This document shows positions 58,801 to 64,000 of a stretch of DNA of 64,000 bases, one piece after another. The notes under the pieces are model-generated. The model was not told the origin of the DNA. It saw only the letters and a list, made by a program, of their open reading frames with translations, and searched no databases. Source of the DNA: Paraspadella gotoi (lineage: Eukaryota > Animalia > Chaetognatha); the NCBI GenBank assembly GCA_051294375.1, contig CM119270.1, positions 9,864,016 through 9,928,015 of the forward strand, given 5' to 3'. A program made the translations under genes and the position numbers. Numbering within the stretch: position 1 is the first letter of the stretch; every line of letters starts with the position of its first letter.

Positions 58801-59413
58801 ACGCTTTGCCATTGAAGCAGTGAGCGGTGGAATCGTAACCGAGACGCACGACCGAGATGATTCGATAGCCTGCTCGGCCATTCGGAGCAGGGCGAAGGCA
58901 GTTCTAGAGTAATACAAATATCAGTCAAATTCATTTGGTCAGTTGGAAGAAGAAAAATTGGCGCAAACAATTAAACTTTAAACTTTACTCCGCGTAAACA
59001 TTGACACCCCCCATCAATTTTCCTTACCTATATAGTATTTTACATAACTTATAGTCATAATAGTTATATCGTCGATATTTTTAGATTGGTGCGCTGGTTT
59101 AGAACACCGACGGCCCAACGCGTCTACGAGGCCGACCAGTTCGTCAAAAACTACATCAAAGTCGCGATCCAAAGTCACGAGGAGACGTTGGACGCCGAAG
59201 ACGTCCGCGACTTTATTGACGGGTTCCTGCTCGAGCGTCGGAGAGACCCCGAGGCCGAGCATCTCTCCCTCGACAATCTCGTCGAGACCGTGCGCGACTT
59301 TTTCATGGCCGGGACCGACACCACCGCCGCCGCCATCGACTTCACCATCGCTCATCTTCTACATCGACCGGACGTTTTGAAAAAACTCAGGGCCGAGATC
59401 GACGCGGTTCTGG
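55834..59413 (+). CDS. Cytochrome P450, clan 2 (CYP2-like), exons 55834-55968, 56842-57049, 57169-57272, 58426-58649, 59085-59413; 3' exons not found in window
   Basis: N-terminal anchor, KYGPIF, FAGR, WNKLHR, FGMAKLSMEKKI, AVANV, RDFIDGFL, I-helix FFMAGTDTT, AEIDAVLG; all intron phases consistent. Confidence 0.95.
57515..58353. mobile_element. HINE-like element (~840 bp) in P450 intron 3; partial copies at ~31470-31556, 34800-35870, 47890-47982, 51650-51690, 53440-53523, 54400-55350
   Basis: Subterminal inverted repeat GTCGGATCTGC / GCAGATCCGAC, terminal palindrome AGTCGGGACCTGCTTATAAGCAGATCCGACT, (TTAA)n and (GGAC)n tracts, A-run flanks. Confidence 0.7.
58668..58892 (-). mobile_element. 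tRNA-derived SINE in P450 intron 4
   Basis: Minus strand TGGCCGAGCAGG (A box), GGTTACGATTCC (B box-like), (TTAC)n tail. Confidence 0.55.
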
Positions 59414-59651
59414 GTGAATAATTAGAGTGGAAAAAAAATATTTTGTGGCAAATAAATAATAAATAATTATTAATTTCGTTTTCGTCAACCTGGAGGCCAT
59501 TCTAGGTTTTCTCTGTGTTATGTACACTTTGTACAGTGTATCCCAATGGTACTATCGGTTAACTTTTACATATTCTCCGGTAGTGTGCTTTTAAATGTTA
59601 TTTCTGAGATAAAAATGTTAAAGCTTTTCCTTACCATTTATTATACATATA

Positions 59652-60384
59652 TTTTTATCGAGCCTTGACCGGCGAAGCCGGGTCAGGCTCTATAATGTTT
59701 TAGGGTTGCTTCTTTGTGACGTAGTCGTCGTCGTCCTCGTCGTCGTCGTCCGTCACGCTTTTTTGTATAAAAACTACTACGCTTTTATAGGTTTTGGCTG
59801 TGACTTACCGGTTTTTTTTAAATAAAAATTATTATGAATTATGATAAAGTTTTACAAAAGTGTGCGATCATAGTAAGTTAAAAATTTAGATATGGCTTTT
59901 CATCTTGAAATAGCTGTGATATTTCATATTACATTTGGATTTAAGTATTTTTTGTTTGAATTTCCACTTCATTATGATTTACTGCAATATGCAAATGAGA
60001 TTAAAGTACTCATTATAATATCCAAAATAGTATATAGAAATGCTTTAATCTAATTTACATATTGCAGTATATAATATTGAAGATGAAATTCAAAAATTTT
60101 TTTTTAAAAATATAATAAAAATGGGAACTCAAAATATCTTTTTAATGAGAAGCTATATCTTAATTTTAATACAAATAAAAATAAAATCTTTTACAAGCTG
60201 CGATTGGAAAAAATTGGAAAAATTTCCAATTGTAAAACAATTGTAACATATTTTGCCTTTCTTTTATTTCTTTAAATTATATATATATTTTTTTTCTTTT
60301 TTAAAAAACGAGTTCAGTCTCTGCAGTGACTGTACAGCGGCCTTCCAGCAGCTGTCCAGCTTTGTTTCTCTCTGTCTGTCTCTC

Positions 60385-60420
<36 letters not shown>

Positions 60421-62338
60421 CTGCTGTGCGATTTCTTGCGTGATCGTTCGTTTTTGAAAAATTCTGATTATTTTTTTCCTTCTAAAAACTTTTATTATCA
60501 CCATTATCCCAAATTTATATCCGAGATTTTCGTGGATTTATTTTAGAAAAAGTGAAGAATAACTCATACGTCAGAAATTTTACGCTTTCTCTCATCTCTC
60601 TCCGTCTCTAACATGATTGTTATTAAAGAAAGAAAAAAAATATAATAAGCAAATAGCATATTTAATACAGATTTATATTGCCAGAGAAATCTTTTCATAC
60701 TCTGTCCAATGTTGTTGATCGAAAACCTTAAATTTTTTTTCACAATTTGAATATGCCGGATTGTATGCTATATGCCGATCATTTTTTTACTGCCTATTTT
60801 TGCCGGTTTATGGTTTAACTACCAAACAATGTATCTATTTATCAAGTTCCATTAGTGAGGCAGTGATGAAGTTGAAATGTGTGTCCATTTTTCTTTGTTT
60901 CATATCGATTCAAGTATTTTTTGTTTGAATTTCCACTTCATTATAATTTACTGCAATATAGCTAATTAGATTATAGTACTTACTGCAATATCAAATTAGT
61001 ATATAGTAAACTATATTTTAATTTGGCGACGAGTAAACGAGTTCCGCCTATGCAGCGTCTGTTCAGCTTTCTTTCTCTCTCTCTCTCTTTCTCTTTCTGT
61101 CTCTTTCTCTCTTTACAATCTCTTGCGTGATCGTTCGTTTTTGAAAAAATTCTGATTATTTTTTTCCTTCTAAAAACTTTTATTATCGCCATTTATTCCG
61201 CGCTTTTTTTTTTCAATACAAAATCCCAAATTTATATCTGAGATTTTTGTGGATTTTTTTTGAGAAAATGTGAAGAATAACTTACTTGACCTGGATTTCG
61301 TGGCCGTTGCAGGGCAACGAGTAGACAATGTCAAGGAACATGACCTAAAAACGCGTTTTGATGGTAATGGAAACGTTACGTGTATAATAGGATCAACTTG
61401 ACCGAGATCACGCCGCCGTTGCGAGGCAACGGATAACCGATATAATTGGAAAGAATACGGTTTTTCTTTTATTTTTCTCTCTCTCTCTCTCCTCTCTGAT
61501 TATTTTTCCTTCTAAAAACTTTTATTATCACCATTTATTCCGCGCTTTTTTCTCTTTACCTGGATTCTCGCGTGGGCGTGCGAGGCAACGAGTAAACAAT
61601 GTCAAGGAACATGACCTAATAACGCGATAACGCGATATTATTATTATGTATTTGAAGTCAAAAATATCATAGTCGTTAACTGAGTATTTTCAACTATATA
61701 TTTGTTAATAGGGATTATAATTTTTCAATGTACAAAAAATTTTCTTATATGGCTTCTTCTCTCTCTCTCTCTTTCTCTCTCTTCATCTCTCTCTCTCTCA
61801 TCTCTTTCTTCTTTTTTTTTCTTTCTTAAAACATTTATTATCGGCCATTTATTCCGCCTTTTTCTCAATACAAAATCCCAAATTTACATCCGAGATTTTT
61901 GTGGATTTTTTTCCTAAAAATTCTGATATTCTTTATATAAACGAAAGAGACCTAATAATTCGTTTCGTTGGCGCGGGAAAACTTGTCCAGCCTCTCTCTC
62001 TTCTCTCTCCTCTCTCTCTTTCACTCAATACACGCCATTTGTTTGTTTTATTTACGATGCATGATTCATCGCGTCAATGAATACTATCATCGCATCAATG
62101 AATGACTATCATCGTATCAATGAATGATTATCATCATATCAATAAATGACTATCATCGCATCAATCATTTGATTATCATCACATCAGTCATTTTGTTATT
62201 CATCGCATCAATTATTGGTTATTCATCGGCTTCAATATTTGGTTATCATCGCATCAATATTGGTTTATCATCGCATCAATATTGGTTACCATCGAAAGAC
62301 GAAAGCGGCTCGATCCTTATGCTTTTAAGATTTTTTTA
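59652..62338 (+). mobile_element. Helentron-associated (HINE/DINE-like) non-autonomous element, ~2.7 kb
   Basis: T-run, ATCGAGCC plus hairpin GAGCCTTGACCGGC-GAA-GCCGGGTCAGGCTC and (GTC)n at left; inverted GGCTCGAT near right end; internal duplications. Confidence 0.6.
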
Positions 62339-62543
62339 ATTCAATTTTCATCAATTTTTCTTTGCTGAACATGCAATTTAAATGAGTCCTAATTTATCAC
62401 TTTTTTAATTTTTAGATAATTTGTTTTACTTTAAAATAGATTATATTTAAAAAAATATGTAAACAAATAATTTAAATAGATATAAATTATTTAAATTTTA
62501 ATTTGTATAAAATAAGTGCATTAATAAAAAGAAATAAACAAAA

Positions 62544-62776
62544 TTGAAGAGACAGTAATTATTGTTATGTGTTAGTGACAGAACCGTTCAATATAAGCAG
62601 TCCCTGAGCTTCGGATCAGGCTGAAACACCAAGTTACAGGGGGGTTAAAGGCCCCGTCCCTCTTAACTGCTAGGCGGCCACCGGGCTAGAACCCTGGACC
62701 TTTGGGTTGGGAGGCGAATGACTTGCCTCCGTCACCAATAGCCACTGATGAACAGTTGGTGGATTTTAGTCCACCA
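62544..62776 (-). mobile_element. tRNA-derived SINE-like repeat, copy 2
   Basis: Close match to 52001-52234 with the same boundaries. Confidence 0.75.
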
Positions 62777-63719
62777 TAAAATATTTAAAAAAATATAAAA
62801 ATTGATAAAAATATGCTATTTAATTTGATATTTAATTTTATTATTTGAAGTTGTGAGCGATTGTATCATTAAGCTAGAACAAAATGGTTGCTATTTATTC
62901 AATAAATTATTATCAAATCAATTCAAAAAGTAATATGAACAATAAGGCGTAGTGAAAGTTACATACAAAAATTCTAAAAGTCAATTATGAACAATATACC
63001 ATCAATGAATATTAATTTGTAAAAAAAATAATTTTATGTTTTTTAATTTTCGCAGTAGGCTATATTTATATAGAGTACAATCCTAATAAAATCAAAAAAA
63101 TTCAAAATAAGCTTTTCTTAATTTTGATTACAGATTTGAATTTTTCGTCAAAAGTTGATAAAAGAAAATATAAATCATTTTTAAAAATTCTTTCATCAAG
63201 TGGGTTAAAATTTAAAAAAATTATGTTTAATATATAAAAAGTTAATTTTCAGCTTAAAATATAACTTTTTTAATTTTTGACCTCCTTAATGAAGGAATTT
63301 TTCAAAAAGAGTTATATTTCTTTTTATCAACTTTTTATGACGAATCCAAATCTGCAAAATTTTTAAAAATTTTTTTTTGAAATTTTAATATTTATTGGTT
63401 TAGTACTAGTATAAATATGGCCTACTGCATAAATTGTAAAATTTATTATAAATTTTTTTATTACATAAATGTTCATTAGTATAATGTTGTTCGTTCCTCA
63501 CTTTTAGAATTTTAATTAAAGTTAAATTTAGAAATTTTACTACGCCTTAATGAACAAGGTTAGTAGATAATTTTAAAAATAATGATTACTGCATTATAAA
63601 AGCTTTGAAGCTAAAAATATGAGGTAGTTTCTTACTGTCCTGCATCTAAAGAAAAGATTTAACACATTATTTAATCAATATTATAAAAAAATAAAAATAT
63701 TTAAAAATCTATAATTTTG

Positions 63720-63941
63720 TGGATAAGGCGTGGGCTGAAGATGACTATCCGTAACTTCTATAACCCACTCTAACAGCTATGGAACGGGTCCTGGGCTTGG
63801 AACCATGCTTGAGGGTTTTCCACGCCCCGAAGGCGGCTTATGGCCGTCCTCACACTTCCCGCAAGGTAGGTACCGGGTTGGGATTGAACCAGGTACCTAA
63901 TGGTCATGAGCTGATGGCTTTACTCAATGAGCCACCGGGTC
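63720..63941 (-). mobile_element. tRNA-derived SINE
   Basis: Head GACCCGGTGGCTCATTGAGT..GCTCATGAC..GGTTCAATCCC on minus strand followed by a GC-rich body. Confidence 0.6.
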
Positions 63942-64000
63942 ACAATTGAAGTTGTCATGTTTAGAGGCGGGGTGAACTTTGCAATGCCCGACTACATGCC

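Noticed and set aside
59414-64000. Remaining P450 exons (ExxR, PERF, heme-binding Cys)
   Set aside because: Not found; region is repeat-filled intron, so the gene probably continues beyond the window. No evidence it is a pseudogene.

Overview
Eukaryotic, AT-rich, repeat-dense DNA, probably from an invertebrate animal, with N gaps and signs of indel errors. 0.7-31.2 kb is a nest of LTR retroelements. (1) A ~14.1 kb minus-strand BEL/Pao element with both LTRs. Its gag and pol are in frame, separated by one UGA in the readthrough context UGA-CUAG. Instead of env it has a ~6 kb tail of about ten short sense-strand ORFs; most are preceded by a 3' splice acceptor, one has two introns, and two are paralogues. 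(2) A degraded minus-strand Ty3/Gypsy element with a tRNA-Leu PBS and an OTU-like insert plus AT-hook between RNase H and integrase. (3) The 3' part of a third, plus-strand LTR element with antisense ORF remnants, whose LTR is split by a Helitron-like insertion. 31-64 kb holds two divergent host genes: a predicted 5-exon multi-pass membrane protein (minus) and the first five exons of a clan-2 cytochrome P450 (plus). They sit among Helentron/HINE-like repeats, tRNA-derived SINEs and satellites. The best candidate for an undescribed system is the splice-acceptor-punctuated accessory gene array of the BEL element. All calls are by eye; no searches were run.
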